Source: Lama guanicoe
Taxonomy: Eukaryota
DNA length: 29,096 bases
Assembly (NCBI GenBank): GCA_013239625.1
Contig: MU054132.1
Span: 1,242,001 to 1,271,096 of the forward strand
Direction: 5' to 3'
Shown: one piece after another, positions 1 through 13,148 of the stretch
How positions within the stretch are numbered: position 1 is the first letter of the stretch
How the letters are laid out: every line of letters begins with the position of its first letter
Translations under genes and position numbers: made by a program
The notes under the pieces: model-generated
Database searches by the model: none
Seen by the model: only the letters and a program-made list of their open reading frames with translations
What the model was told of the DNA's origin: nothing

Positions 1-10
1 CCTGTTCTAG

Positions 11-140
11 TATTCATTCATTCAACAAATGTTTATTCAAACCCTGTGCTCCAAATAAAACACCACAATCCCTACCCTCAGGGGGCTTTCATCTGCCAAG
101 TACAGTCCCCCAGAGGCATCCCTATAGTGAAGAAAGCATT
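11..140. mobile_element. L2 3' terminal fragment
   Basis: TTCATTCATTCAACAAATGTTTATT hallmark of L2 tails. Confidence 0.6.
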
Positions 141-1176
141 ATTATGTTAATGGATGCCAGCTGTGGAGCGGTGGAGAAGGAGACGGGGGAAATTGGAAGA
201 GAGAAGGAGGGGCACTTTCCAAAGGAGATTAAAGCTACTGAAGCTTGAGGGTGTAGGCTGTAGGAAAAGGGGAATCTGGGGTGGGGTGAGATGGGGTGCT
301 TTATAAGAAGAGGAACGAGCCCTCGGAGCCCAGAAGGTTAAGAATTGCATTTTCTGGGACTGACTTCTGAGTTGCTTGGGCAGAATGGACAAGTGGGAGT
401 GGTGGTGAGGACCCAAGTGGCAGGAAGGGGACAACTCTTGAAGGATATAGAGCCTGCTGAAGGGATTGGCTTCATCGTGGAGGGTGGATCAGAATTGCTG
501 CAGGGTGGATCAGGGGAAGCCTGAGGAACAAGGAAGAGGCCATCCGAATAGTCCCGGTGAGGAAGGGCCATATCTAAAGCGAGATGGGAAGGCGGAGTGG
601 GGGGTTCAGCCACTGGAGGAAGAGAGTGAGTGACCTTGGGAGCTGAGGGGCAGGGGTGGGGTAGGGGGGAGGTGGAGCTCAGTGGGTTTGGATAACTGAG
701 AGTTGTGGTGGGGGAGGGAACAGGAGGAGTGTATAATGACTCCTAGATCAAGACTTAAGCCCCTGGGTGGGTGATAGCATTATTTCAATAATAGTAGGCA
801 CAGAGGAATTCGATGAGCTCAGTTCTGTGCTTGTGTGTGTCAGGGGTTGGCACTCCCCAGAAATGTGTCGTTCATTAGGGTAAGCATGGTAGTGTCCACT
901 GAGGGTGTGCAAAGAGGGTTTTAGGAACTGGATCTGGGGAGCATCGGCTCTGAAGTCTGGATGTAGCAAGAGAGGCTAGGGAAGGTGGGGCTGGAGAAGT
1001 CACCGCAAGGGAGGGAGTGGCCAGTCCCTGGTTCAGATGTGCACTGAGGAGATTCACTGACGGGCCAGATGGAGGGCTTCCTCATGTGGAGTGAGTGAGC
1101 GATAGAGGTGGGAGGTAAGGAAGTAGCCACAGGAAGGCTCTGGGAAAGCAAGAGATGGCACAGAAGGTATAGTACT

Positions 1177-1795
1177 ATTGCCTAAAGATCAGCCCCCCAT
1201 CCCTGACTAGCCAAAGAATTCAGACTGGGTCTTGGAGCTTAGAAGAAAAGAGGCAGCTTTATTACTTTGCCAGGCAAAGGGGACTCACAGCAGGCTAGTG
1301 CCTTCAAAACTGTGAACCTGTCTTAGGGTTGGAGCTTAGTGATTATTTACTGAACAAATTGGAGAGTAAAAGGGGCTATCAATCAACAAGAGTCTCTGGT
1401 GAAACTTCCTCCTAAATCTTGGCGAGTCTGTCCGGCATCATGGGGCCATCCTGTGGTCTGGAGGGTCATCAGCCTGCCACCTTCTTTATCTGATCAGACT
1501 CATTAGGCGCCAGGAGGGACTTCGGAGGGTCTGGTTACTCTCCTGAGGTTGTCGACTGGTGACTCCCTTTCTAGGGGGATGACTCAGAATTCAAACATGA
1601 TTGTAAATTTCAATTGCCAGAATAAGGTAAAACAAACAGGAAAATTTCTAACTCTAACTCTAACAGGCCAACAATGGGCCTGGAGCTGAGGGCCGTGTCC
1701 GGTCAGTCAGATTTGCTAACTTTTAAAAGCAAACCGCAAGTATAAGGCCAGAAATTAGTTAGCCTAAGTGCAGCCATCTTGTCATTTCTCCTTCA
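1177..1795 (-). mobile_element. Solo LTR, probably ERV1 class
   Basis: Minus-strand termini TGAAG...CAATA, 4 bp target-site duplication GTAC (1173-1176 and 1796-1799), minus-strand AATAAA at ~1258-1263. Confidence 0.75.
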
Positions 1796-1799
1796 GTAC

Positions 1800-2230
1800 A
1801 GTTCACGAGTGCACCGAAAAGCACTTGCACAAATGTTCAGAGCCATGTTATTCATTTTAGCCCCAAGCAGAGAACAACCCAAATGCCTATCAATAATAGA
1901 ATGGTAACTAGGGGTTCTGTCATACAGTAATGAAAAGTAAAGAATTCCCCATGCAGTAGATGGATCTTACAATCGATGTTGAGCATAAGGCAGACACAAA
2001 AGAGGACATGTTTGATTCCATGGCATAAAGTTAACAACAATGAAAAAGAATGCCCTACTTTTAAATCTTTGGTGATAGAAGTCAAGGTACTGGTTATCTT
2101 TGCAGAGTGAAGGGGTGACCAGAAGGGGCCGCAAGGAAGACTTTCCGTGAATGTGCTTACCTTGTGGAAATTCACTGGGCTGCTCACTCCTGATTTGTTC
2201 ATCTTCCTGTACAAATAGTATATTTCAATG
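1800..2230 (+). mobile_element. Old L1 (L1M-type) 3' end fragment
   Basis: ACAACCCAAATGCCTATCAATA...ATGGATCTTACAATCGATGTTGAG pattern characteristic of mammalian-wide L1 3' ends. Confidence 0.6.
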
Positions 2231-2234
2231 ATGT

Positions 2235-2550
2235 ACTATTCATACCCCACTTTCCCCTCCAGCTATCCTTCCCTTCACAGTAAAATGCAGAAAAAGGTGT
2301 CTCTAATTTCTCTCCTCCCGTTTTCTTTTGAACCCACTCCAAGCAGACATGCACCCTCCTGACTCGCCGGAAATGGCCCCTGGCAAGCTCTCCAGGGACT
2401 TTCATTTTGCTGAACCCACTACCAATCCACACGCCTTGTCTTATTCTGCCTCGCAGCCATCCATTACAACCCTGGATACACTTGACAGCTGCCTTCCAGA
2501 ATTTGCTGCACTTGTATTTCAAGACACCCTTCACCAGATTCTCTTCCTCT
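2235..2550. mobile_element. L2 fragment
   Basis: Resemblance to L2 ORF2 relic (GAACCCACTCCAA...CTTCCAGAA...CAAGACACC); recognised by eye. Confidence 0.45.
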
Positions 2551-5154
2551 CTCCAGTTGCTCCTAAAAAAAATGCTTTAGAGAGGTCGTGAAGGAAGGAG
2601 CCATTTGGCCCCTCAAGGGTGGGAAACAGGCAAGAAGGAGGGAGAACAGCCTGGGGCCTCCTGGATAAGCTGGAAGCTCTTCTAGGGCATTAAGGCCTCT
2701 TGTTCGCAGCAGCAGCCTAGAGCCTGGTTCATAGCAAGAAGGAAAAATGTTTCCGTAGTCAATGAAGACTAAGAATGGGAATGTGATCTGAAGGCAGTGG
2801 AGCCTCTAAGAAGCCATGCTTCCCCTCCAGCCCCCCACCTCTACCCTTGGAAGATGCACTGGGCTTACGACTCGGGGTGGTGAGGCAGGTCCCCAGGATC
2901 CCTTTTCTGTTCTGAATATGTTGAGGACTTTTTCTGCCACTCTTTCCTCTGGTGGGCATTGGCGTAGCACCCAAAGAGGCCACCAGAGGGCACTTGTTTC
3001 CTAGGAGACTAGTCTTTGGGAATGAACCTAGTTGTGTTGGTAGAAAAGGCAGCTGGAAGGACTTGGCATGTGTGAGACACTGAATGGATACCTGTCCCTA
3101 GGGATTTATTTCTAGAGCCTTTTTTGGGGTGGGACATGTTTGGGACCAGAAGTCCCAAACCTGTGTGGCTAGTCTCAGCTGGCCCTTTATCTTACATATC
3201 AGCCTCATGACCGCTCTTGGTCTCAGTTGTACCCCTACAGGAAATGGGAGAATGACCCCTGATCAGTCTAACACACAGAGGCCTTAGCAAGGGAGAACAA
3301 AGCAAGTAGTGGAAATACTTTTCAGAAGTTTGAAATAAAGTGTACAGAGAAATGCACAGAATCGCGGGTCTTCATCCCCACCCTGCCCCTGTGCTAATGA
3401 AACACTACTGAGTTTGTGTGTGACAGACCCTACACTCATGTGCCCTACTGCGAGTGAGTGTCCAGCCCTGGATATTTTGAGAGAGGTGACTTCTCAGAAG
3501 GTAGAGGTCTGAGTTTAGGTCAGAGGCAATGAGCAGGGAATGGAGGACACTGGGGCAATAGGGAGCCACAGTAGGTTCTGGAGCAGTGGGGAGGACTTCA
3601 TTCCAAAGGGCAGAGTTTTCTTGTGAGGTTTCCTAAGGCCCTCCTTCTGGAAGTCAGAGGGTCTGGATGGCAGTTGAGCCCTACTTACAGCTTGTACCTG
3701 GGTGCTCTGCCCCCACAGGTATCCTGGGAAGAGAGGAAGCGCTTTGTGCTGGGGGCTAGAAGGATCTGGAGGCCAGCAAGCTGGAGCTGTGGTAACTGCC
3801 CTGTCCCAGTCTTTCTCAATCCCAGGGCCCCTGGGAGGTGAAATGGTTCCTGGGACTCCCTCTGTCCTGGTTGAGTTAGAGCCTCTTGTGCCATCCTGCT
3901 GCTTGTTGGTTGACAAATGCCCCCATTAAGCAAGCTGCCTTGTTGGAGGGGTGGCAGATGGGGGAAGGGCTTGTGATTTTGATAAAAGAAATTTTCACCT
4001 AATGAGGTATGGGGAATTCATTCTGCCTTATACATGAGGTAACTTGAATTTGATGCTAACTAAAGCCTTTTTGTGGCCTACAAACATACATTGTACATAT
4101 TATTTGATTATTAAAGAAGAGAGCTTATTGATCAGAAGTAAGGAATGTCCATGTTAAAAATAAAGCTTCAGTGCCTCCCTTCCTGGGAGGCCAATGCTGG
4201 TCCTCTTTTGTTGGTAAGACTTCCCTCCTTAGGTGTGATTCCTAGGTGCCAAGGCCATACTGGCTCACTGTGTACATGTTGGTCTGATTTTTTTTTGAAA
4301 CCTTGAAGAAATGTATCCCTGACTTGTTTAATAGTCTTTGTTCTGACAAGATATAAAACTGTGGTGAAAACCATGCTTCTCTGGAGCAGTTTCTCAGAAT
4401 AATCTGGGAAGCTGGCTTTGGGGCTATAATCCTCAGTTTGGCTCCACGCAACTCTTTTCTATTCTTATTATAGTTCACTTATTGACTATTTTCATTAACA
4501 GTTTCCAGGGCCTAGCCTGTTCTAGCCCTAAGTAATACCTGCCCTAGAGGGAGTTGGGGCTGGATGCATTCCAATCCTTTGAGCCTAAAATCCAGACTTC
4601 AAGGCATGCCCCAGGCCTTCTGAGATGTTCACGTGTTCTGTGAAAAAAGGAGTATATTTGAAGATATTGGGGTTAATCAGAGTGAAACAAGTTCCTTTTC
4701 TGCAGGACTTCTCAGAGCCTTTAATAAGCTAATGTGTAAGAAAACAGTAAGGGAGGGTTCACTTCCTTATTTGAATGTGAAATCCTTTTCATGGGGAATC
4801 TTGCATGACTCTAGTCTATGGAACATACTCTTGAGAAGTACCCACTTAATCCAATGCAGCCCCCAAAGTCATTTCACAGAAGTAAGAGAAACAGAGAGGG
4901 GAAAGGGCTCAGGTTGGTGCTCTCCTGAGCACAGCTAGGGCCTCCCTTTCCTGGGCACACGCATAGCCTTCTGGAGTGAGCAGCGAGAGGGCAGCTGCAG
5001 GGCTATTCCTCTTCCTCACCTTCACCCCTTTCTCTCATCTTCAGTGGCTCAAGGGCCAGGTCACGTGAGCTTGGGCTCTGCTGTCACGGACAGCTGGGGA
5101 GACAGAACAGTGCTCACACATTGCCAGTGCTTACTTTCCTGCTCTGCCCCCTTT

Positions 5155-5890
5155 TGAAACTGACATGTATATTATCTACCATAAAATTCACAATTTTAAG
5201 TGTAATTATATGAGTTTTGACAAATATATACAATCATATAACCACTACCACAGTCAAGATGTAGAACGTTTTCATTACCCCAAACATTCCCTCATGTCCC
5301 TTTGCAGTCAATCTTGTCTTCCTAACCCTGGCCCCTGGCAGTCATTGATCTACTTTCTTTTTTTTTCCTTAATTGAAGTATAGTCAGTTTACAATGTTGT
5401 GTCAATTTCTGGTGTACAGCATAATGTTTCAGTCATACATACACATACATATATGCCTTTTCATTTTTTTCATTATAGGTTACTACAAGATATTGAATAT
5501 AATTGCCTGTGCTATATGGTAGAAACTTGTTTATCTCTTTTATATATACTGATCTACTTTCTATCACTATAGTTTTGCCTTTTCCAGAGATTTCATATAG
5601 ATAGAATCAGGCAATATGTGATCTTTTGCATCTGGCTTCTTTTTTCTTTAGTGTAATGTTTAGCATACTGTTTATGAGGTTCATCCGTGATATGTATATG
5701 GGTAGTGCGTTCTTTTTTTACTGGGAAGCAGCATTCCTTTGTGTGTGTGTGTGTATGTCCGCAGTTTGATGGACCTGTGGATGGACTTTTGGATTGTTCC
5801 TGGTTTTTGACTATTATCAGTTTGATGTTGCTATGCATATTCTTGCACAAGGTTTTGTGTGGAGGAATGTTTTCATTTCTTGATCATATG
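5155..5890 (-). mobile_element. Old L1 3' fragment with a younger nested retroposon insertion (5359-5549, L1 3'-end-like)
   Basis: Typical antisense L1 3' sequence; nested insert starts with poly-T and is flanked by a 13 bp TSD TGATCTACTTTCT (5346-5358, 5550-5562). Confidence 0.8.
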
Positions 5891-6474
5891 TATGGTGTCG
5901 GAGCTTGCCCTTTTCAAAATGGCTCCTGGTTGTCCTTCTCCCATCATCTGCAGGGGAAAGACAGGGGATGAGAGGGGGAACTGAAGCTGGGAGAGGCTGG
6001 GCCCTCAGCCTTACATCCGTCTCTGAGGAGTTTGGTGTCTTGTGAAAGTTGCTTTGTCCTGCCCTGGGCTGGCTTCAGTTTACGCATCTGTGAAATGGCA
6101 ATAGCCCCACAACTCTCCTTTCCTGCTCCAGAAGGTGTTCTCTGGATGAAAGGAGACAGGCAAGGGTTATCTCTAGAAGCTGTGAGAGGCCTGTTCTCTG
6201 AGGGGTGGAGCGAAGGTCAGTGGTTTTTATGAGGCAGAATGTGGTCCTCAGGAAAAGGCCTCCCTTTGAGAGCTCCATTCCCTCTCAAGTCAATGTGGAC
6301 AGGACAACAGATGATTTCTGCAAATGTTGAGAACTTCCTTTGGGTCCTTTGCTGAGTGAGCAAGACCTAACATTTCTGGGGTTGTCAAAGGCCATCCTTT
6401 GGCCATAAACACTTTGGAATATGGAGCTATAAAGGAGTAGAAAAATTTTGCAAGGAGGCTAAGAAAAAAGGATC

Positions 6475-6660
6475 TCTACCACCGTCCTATACACATGTGG
6501 CTATGTGAATTTAAATGAATGAAATTTAATTTAGAAATTAGTTCCTTAGTTACACTAGCCACAGTTGAAGTGCTCAGTCGCCAAGGGTGTTTAACGGGTG
6601 CCATATTGGATAGCACAGTCGTATAGTAGTAGACTATTTTCTTTGTCACAGAAGGGTCTG
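6475..6660. mobile_element. hAT-Charlie MITE, MER3-like
   Basis: CACATGTGGCTA...CACTAGCCACAGTTGAAGTGCTCA...CATATTGGATAGCACAG pattern. Confidence 0.65.
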
Positions 6661-7251
6661 ATTGAGACCCCAAATCCTCCCCTTTGGGAGGGTCAGCATT
6701 ATTAGAACGTCTCTAGTAGACCCATGGAGGTCAACTGGCTTATAGAAAAGGAGCCCAGCGACTCCAGTGGACAGAGCTCATTGTGAAAGAGCTGGCTGCA
6801 TAGGGACCCTGTGGTTGTCTGGTGGGGATGGCCCCTGAGATGAATAGCTGGACATGGTAGGGGCCCTGCAGAGGTGGAGGTGTGGGATCATCTCTGGCTC
6901 TCAGTGGGGCTGTGGAGGGAGGTAGGGTGGAAAAGGAGATGGCCTGGTGGAGCAGATGTGGGAAGGGCAGGCTTGCTATTGGGAAGATATGGAACTCTAT
7001 TTGAGGAGTAGGCAGTGGGCTTTCTGCTGAGTGCAAAGGGCCTGGGAGAGTCAGACATTGGAGAACTGACCTGGGCCTAGGACTGAACAAGGCCAATGAG
7101 AGCATCTTCTTGGCCAAGGGCCCTGGGGGCAGCCACAGCCTCCTCCAGCCTGAGCCCAGCTGCCTCCAAGAAGGCAGCCCTGGGCTGAGTACTCTCAGCA
7201 GGATTCTCCAGGTTTCTGGTTGTGTGCAGGTCTCCGCCTATCAATAACCAC

Positions 7252-9195
7252 TGTTGTGGCAGGACCAGCCCTTGGGGTTCTTCTTATGATTGCAAGATGC
7301 CATTCAGCAATAGGAACTTTGGAGAAAACAAAAAAAGAGTTCATTACTTATAGGACTTGGAAATTATATGGCATGCCTGGGGCCTGACAGAGGTCTAGAG
7401 TAAAGAGAGAAAGAGAGTGTGAGCCTGGGGTCCTGCTTTTGTTGGGGTTGAGTGTAGGAGTCTAAGGCTCACTCTTGATTGGTTATATTTAAATAATAAC
7501 AGGATGGGGGAGGGTATAGCTCAGTGGTAGAGTACATGCTTAGCATGCGGGAGGTCCTGGGTTCAATCCCCAGTACCTCCATTAAAATAAATAAAGAAAT
7601 AAAACACAATTACCCCTCAAATTTTTTAAATTAAAATTAAACAAACAAACAAACCATAAGAGCAGGAATTTAAAGAGAAAGGGAAGAGAAAGAAAACAAG
7701 TGGCCCCAATGGTCAGTTATAGAAATTAACCAAGATCTCTGAAACAAAGGAGCCTCAGTGGGGGGAAGTGGCCTGACTTTTTAAATCTAGTTATGTGGCT
7801 GACAACGTGTTTATTCAAGATAGCCCTCTTTGAAATGGATGCCTGGGAGTCAAAGCTTGTTAAGCACTTGCATTACAAAAAAGAAAAGGAAAAAAAAAAA
7901 AAACCCCCAAAACCCAAAGGGCAATCAACTGTCAGTGTGGTTTACACTACAATCCACCCTGTGACTCCCAAACATCAGAATCAATAGTGAGGACCTTAAC
8001 TACCTGGACAGTTGATACACTAAAAGTCAGGGGTTGTAATCCAGGAATACACATCTAAATAGGATTACAGTAACAAATCTTATAATAATTATAAGGGCAG
8101 TAGTCAGAAATCCAGTCCATAGCCATTGTCCTAAACTTGAAGAGTCTAGCCATGAAGATAGGTCAGTGATCTTGGGGGGCCCTGGGAATCTGTACAAGGA
8201 TTTGCATGATATTGTGGAAAATGTTAATATTTGAGGCCGTCCTGTGAAGTTACTTTGAGCCTGTCCAAAGTTGATGCATTGCCCTGTATTTCATCAAATC
8301 AGTCTCTTAGTCCTGGGAATAGGGCAGTTAAAGGCTTGTGTCACATTTCAGGAGGCAGTGATGCAGATTTATCCCAAGTTAGGCCTATGTAGTACAAGCA
8401 ATCAGTTACTTAATGAGAGGCATTTCTATGGAAACAAAAAAGTAAAAAAAAATTTTTACAAACAAAGGTTAATGATTGGAGTAGACTATACTCCTGGTTT
8501 CTGAGTTCTGCAGGCTGCCGGATTTCTAGCTGTTGGGCTTGAAACCTCTTCGAATGGAGTGAAGGTAGACAGTGGCAATCTGATAGATTTTCCTGGGTTG
8601 AGGAAAGATCTCTAGCGATCTTTCGGAGTGACCCACACAGCAACAGGCATGAAGATTTCCCGTACACAAGCTGTTGTGATTTCTCTGACATTTTTGTGAT
8701 GTTGTCCCACTTTAGCCTACAGAGCTTCAGGAACAGGGCACCTTTATTTAGGTCGCAATGACTCGAAGTTAGAAGAATGGGAGGAAAACTGGAAACATTA
8801 GTTTGGAGAGTTGTAGCCAGATATTGGAGGAAATGAGAAGAACTGAATATTCAGACTAGTTTATAGGCAGAAACCAAACTTCAAAGACAATTAACAGAAC
8901 TGGAATTTAATATCCACAAATGTGTATTAAATTTTCTACTGAAACATATTTTACTTTCTAGACTTACTGCCATTTTTATCAAAGATAGCATCGTAAGACT
9001 AATGCTTGTAAATTAAGTCTAATTTCAATAAACCTGGCCTGATTATTTACAAAAATAGTCACTGACCATGTAGGCTCTTTTAAGTCAGCTTTGCTGGAAC
9101 CTTTCATAAGGATTCTCAGATTGAACTTTTAATAACCTCTCCAGGCTAAGAAGCCAAATCAAGAACTCATCATCAGACTTCATCATTGCTTGGCC
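7252..9195 (-). mobile_element. Truncated ERV1-like provirus: 3' LTR ~7252-7951 plus decayed internal sequence
   Basis: TG...CA termini at 7252/7951; minus-strand purine-rich tract AGGGTGGAT (7960-7952) abuts the LTR start TGTAG; AT-rich internal region without intact ORF; family recognised by eye only. Confidence 0.6.
7506..7655 (+). mobile_element. tRNA-Ala(AGC)-derived SINE, vic-1-like (camelid), inserted into an LTR
   Basis: GGGTATAGCTCAGTGGTAGAG (A box)...GGTTCAATCCC (B box)...TACCTCCA at 7510-7581, with a disrupted anticodon stem, followed by an A-rich tail ending in (AAAC)n; degenerate flanking duplication around CAGGA. Confidence 0.85.
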
Positions 9196-9295
9196 TGTTG
9201 TATTTTCAGACAATTAAAACCTCCACTATCTGAGGAACTCCTGAAGCAGCTCCTTGGAGCCCTTCTTGCCATGACTGTATCTGGGGGGCCAGGGG

Positions 9296-9461
9296 CAGGG
9301 CCAGCGTCATGACTGTGTCACCAGTGCAGTCACACAGGCCCCCTGTGCACAGGAGGCCCTATACTTGGTTTAATGCTCTGTTCTTGAGGTCTTGAAATAC
9401 TCCATACTATTTGAGCAAGGGGTCCTGCAATTTCAATTTGCTAATTATGTAGCCAGTTCTG
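9296..9461. mobile_element. hAT MITE, MER91-like (mirror copy ~27234-27399)
   Basis: CAGGGCCAGC...TTGGTTTAATGCTCTG...AATTATGTAGCCAGTTCTG with CAG/CTG termini. Confidence 0.6.
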
Positions 9462-12400
9462 GCCACTGGTGATGCCACACTTCCCACAACACATGCAGGA
9501 GGCGCTAGAAGCTGATTTCCCTGTGTGCTTGCCTAAAAATCCTTGAGACCTTGCCCGCAGCCTTGAGCAAGCAGAGGGCAGGGGAGGGCCCAGGAAGGGA
9601 AGGAAGAGAGCGGGAACACAAGGCAGAAGCAGACCCCAGAGCAGCCCTTGGGTGCCCAGAGTGCTGTTGGACTGAAGCCCAGAGTTAGAACTGAGTCTCC
9701 AAAAGCAATGGGCTGCAGGAGAGATGCAGGGCTGGCCAGGGTTGGGGGTGGTGGGGTCAGACAGAGGGGACCAGGGAGCTAGTCTGAGAGAGAGGAAGGC
9801 CTCAGATGGGGCCATGGGAAACTCCACACACGAGCCAGAGCTCTGGATCCTGCCATCAACCCTGACTTGGTCAAGACCTCCTCCCAAGGCCACACCCCAA
9901 CCCTGCCCTGGACCTGAGTTTCCTCCCTGCCCAAAGGAGACTGGGGGAAACCCTGGCCGCCCTGCTGACAAGAGTGCTGTGAGCTCAGAGGAGGTGGATA
10001 CTTGGGTGTCCTTTGTGCCCTGAAGGACCACATGCACAGGCCGCATCCTTGGACTCAGGTGGCCAGTCCTTGGAAAGAAACACACTTCAGTGAGGTTTCT
10101 CATGGCACACAGGTGACCGTCACGGCAGGACCTCCTTCCGCCATAGAGGGACCCCCCTGCTTCACCAGCTGCACGGACAGCAGGGGATCAGGCTGGTCTC
10201 CTCTTCATATCTTGAGTTTCACACCAACGCAGCATGGCTCCCAGCAGCCCCAGCTCTACCCTCCACAGTCCCTGCCACCCACCAGCCTTCCCAGTCTCCA
10301 TCCCCCTCCAGCCTGCAATCTCAGCTCCCTAGACTCTTCCCTTGTTTGTTGTTTTAATCCGAGCTCCGTTTCACAAAGGGAGGAAACTCCTAGGGAGGGA
10401 GGTTTTGCTGGAGACATGATCAGTGGTTCTCAGCTGGTGGGGAGTGGTCAGAAATGTGCCTTTAAAATCTCCTAAATTTCTTTTTAGAAATAAGCAAAAG
10501 CAGGTGAGACCTGGATCTGCTGAGTTGGACCTGGGATCCATCTGAGTGGTGGGACTGGGGAAATGAAATCTGTGGAAATTATATTCTGATCTCCAGTTCG
10601 TCCCTCCCCCAGGAATTGGTCCCTTCTCAAGTCACTTTACAAAGTGCATGGTAGATGTCAGAGCCTCTGGAGGGGCTGTTTCTACCTTCCCAAGGCAGCA
10701 CGAAAAGACTGATTGATCTACACTAAGAACAAGCCAGGCTGTGGGGAAGGACCACAGAGCCACCTGGGGAGATGGAGGGGGTGTGCGCCTCGTGTGAGGT
10801 GCCCTGTCTGACTCCGTCCTCCTGGAATTTAATGTCTGGATAGGCTTGACCTGCCTCCTGCCTGAAGCACACGGCCTCCAGGAGGCTGACCTGAGATCCT
10901 GGGCTTTGCAGGTCCTTGTCCTGGTAGAGGGCTGGGGAGGAGGTGCCCTCTGTGATGTACTTGAGGCATCCAGATCCTCAAAGGGGAGAGAATACCCTCT
11001 TAGGCTCTGGAAACCAGCCTGGCTTCTCTGCACCCGTGTCCCCAGTAAAAACCCACTCACAGGAATGGTACCCATGCCCACCCGTCTGCCCCACATCTGG
11101 GGCTGGGAGCCTGGTCTCTTCTGCAAAGCTGGGCATCCTCCCACTCAGCCTGCACCCTGGCCCAGCTCAACGTGTCATCCTGCTGGGACCAGTTGGTTGG
11201 ATGTTTGCTGTCCTAGTTGATGGTGAGATCGAGCCTGGGCCTGGCTCAGGCTGATGTCCGTGGCCAGGGAGGTGGGTTCAGCTCAAGCCAGACTCTGGAA
11301 CAACAGCAGCAGCAGCAGCAGCACAACCCCGGATGCCCGCCGAGTCTCCTGGCTGCAGTGTGGCGGGTGCAGCCTCTGCTTGGTCTCCTGTCCTCCCAGG
11401 GTGGAGTAGGACTGCCCTCCTGCCGGCTGCCTCCTTCTCCAAGCCCCAGGCCTGGGACATCCCAGCCTGGCTGAGGGGTTTCCAGGATGACTTACCCTCG
11501 CGGTTCTCTCCAGCTCCTCACTTCACGTGAAGTGGTCAGTGGGAATGAGGAAGCTGACCCTGCGTGGACACTTACCCCCGGCCCAAGTCCCCACCCTCAC
11601 AGGGCCCTGGGGAGGGCAGGGGTGAGCCCAATCCCTCCCCTTGTGCCCGTGAGAGGGACAGCATGGCGGGTCAGTGGGAGGCATTGGGTCCATGTCTTGA
11701 ATTTGCCATTTTCCGGGCAGAGACTCCTTGTTTGAGTGATTTACTTGGGTCTCATTTTCTCCATCCACTGGCCAACTCAGAGAGCTGGCAGGTGTTTCCC
11801 ACAGTTGTAGGAAGGGCAGACTGGGGTCCAGCTTTCATTCCCCTGGAGTCTCGTGGACAGAAAGGCTGAAAGGGAGGAGCAAAGGAGCAGTGGCCATGGA
11901 GGACCAGTGCTCACTCCTGGAGGTTGCTGGGGTGACGGGTGCATGAGGATTTCTCAAGGACCAGATGTGGAGTCAGGGGTCAACCCTCCAGGAGACAAGA
12001 GCTGTGGGGTCTTTCCAGAGAAGACCTCCACTCTGATAGATGTGATGAGAAACCAGGAAAGCCAGACGCTGGAGGCAGGGACGGCACACCCCCATCCAGG
12101 GAGTTGCACCCTGAGAACCTGGCAGGGGACACTGCAAGGACGCAAGGAAGGATTGGGAAGGGGACTTCAGTATGAAGTCTGAGCAAATGCAAAGGTGCAG
12201 AGGAGGAAAGCACAGGGAGGATTTCAGGGGGACCTGGTACCCGGTCACCGTGGGTATTGCTAGGTATTTTTCTCCTATAATCACCTCCTTTTTCTCCTCA
12301 GACTTGGGAAATGATACAGCTTGACCAAGAGGCCACTGGGGCAACACCTGGACTGTGACACCAGGTTGCCCAGACATCCCTCTCTCTCCGTCCTTCTCTA

Positions 12401-13148
12401 AGGCTGAGTGTGCAACCAGCACATCCGTCCAGGCTGACACCTTGTGAGGTAACATGTCCAAGGCCCCAAGAGTCCTGAGGGCAAACTGATTCCAAGAACC
12501 ACCACAGTCCTCATGGCCATTCTGTGGGAGACTGGAATAGAATTTGCTTCAAAGTCTCTGAGCCCCTGTATTGCTTTGGCTCATTGTGTCTCCCAGTTGG
12601 GCTCCTCCACCTCCCACACTCACCACCTCAGCCTAGAGTTTCAGCCAGAGCCCTGGATAGGGAACCACTGAGGTGAACTCAGAAGGGACGTCCTGAGGCT
12701 GTGAGAGCCAAGAGAGGAAGTGCTGTGTCTAGTTGGAGGTCAGAGGAGGCTTCACAAGGTGAAAGATGACAGCAGGCAGAGGGATCAGGTGCAGAGATGG
12801 GAGAAGAGCAGAGTCTCTGAGGGGCCTGAGAGGTTGGAGCGGATGTGCCCTCTGACACCTGAGTGTGCAGGGCTGCGACTGAGGAGGATGGGAGGTGGCA
12901 AGACTCCAGCCCTGAACCTGCTGGAGGTGTTGGGCCCCTGAAGGCAGGGGGTGAAATGTTGGAATCAGCAGCTTGGTATAGCCCTGGATAATGGCATGGA
13001 GAGTGGACTTTGGTATGGCGGGAGCCTGGAACCAGAGACGGTGGAGTCTGGAGATTGTGGCTACACTTCAGAGGAGAGGGGTGGTGGTAGGACAGGGCAG
13101 GGGTGGGTGGGGGGGCAGGGAGTGTCCTCAGGGGAAGGAGGAGTAGGT

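Noticed and set aside
7510..7581. Functional tRNA-Ala(AGC) gene
   Set aside because: Stem mismatches, A-rich tail instead of an oligo-T terminator, and location inside an LTR indicate a SINE.
9441..10103. 220 aa ORF present twice (also 26592..27254) and other mirrored ORF pairs
   Set aside because: The duplication reflects the inverted repeat, not coding conservation; GC-rich low-information translations with no recognisable domain.
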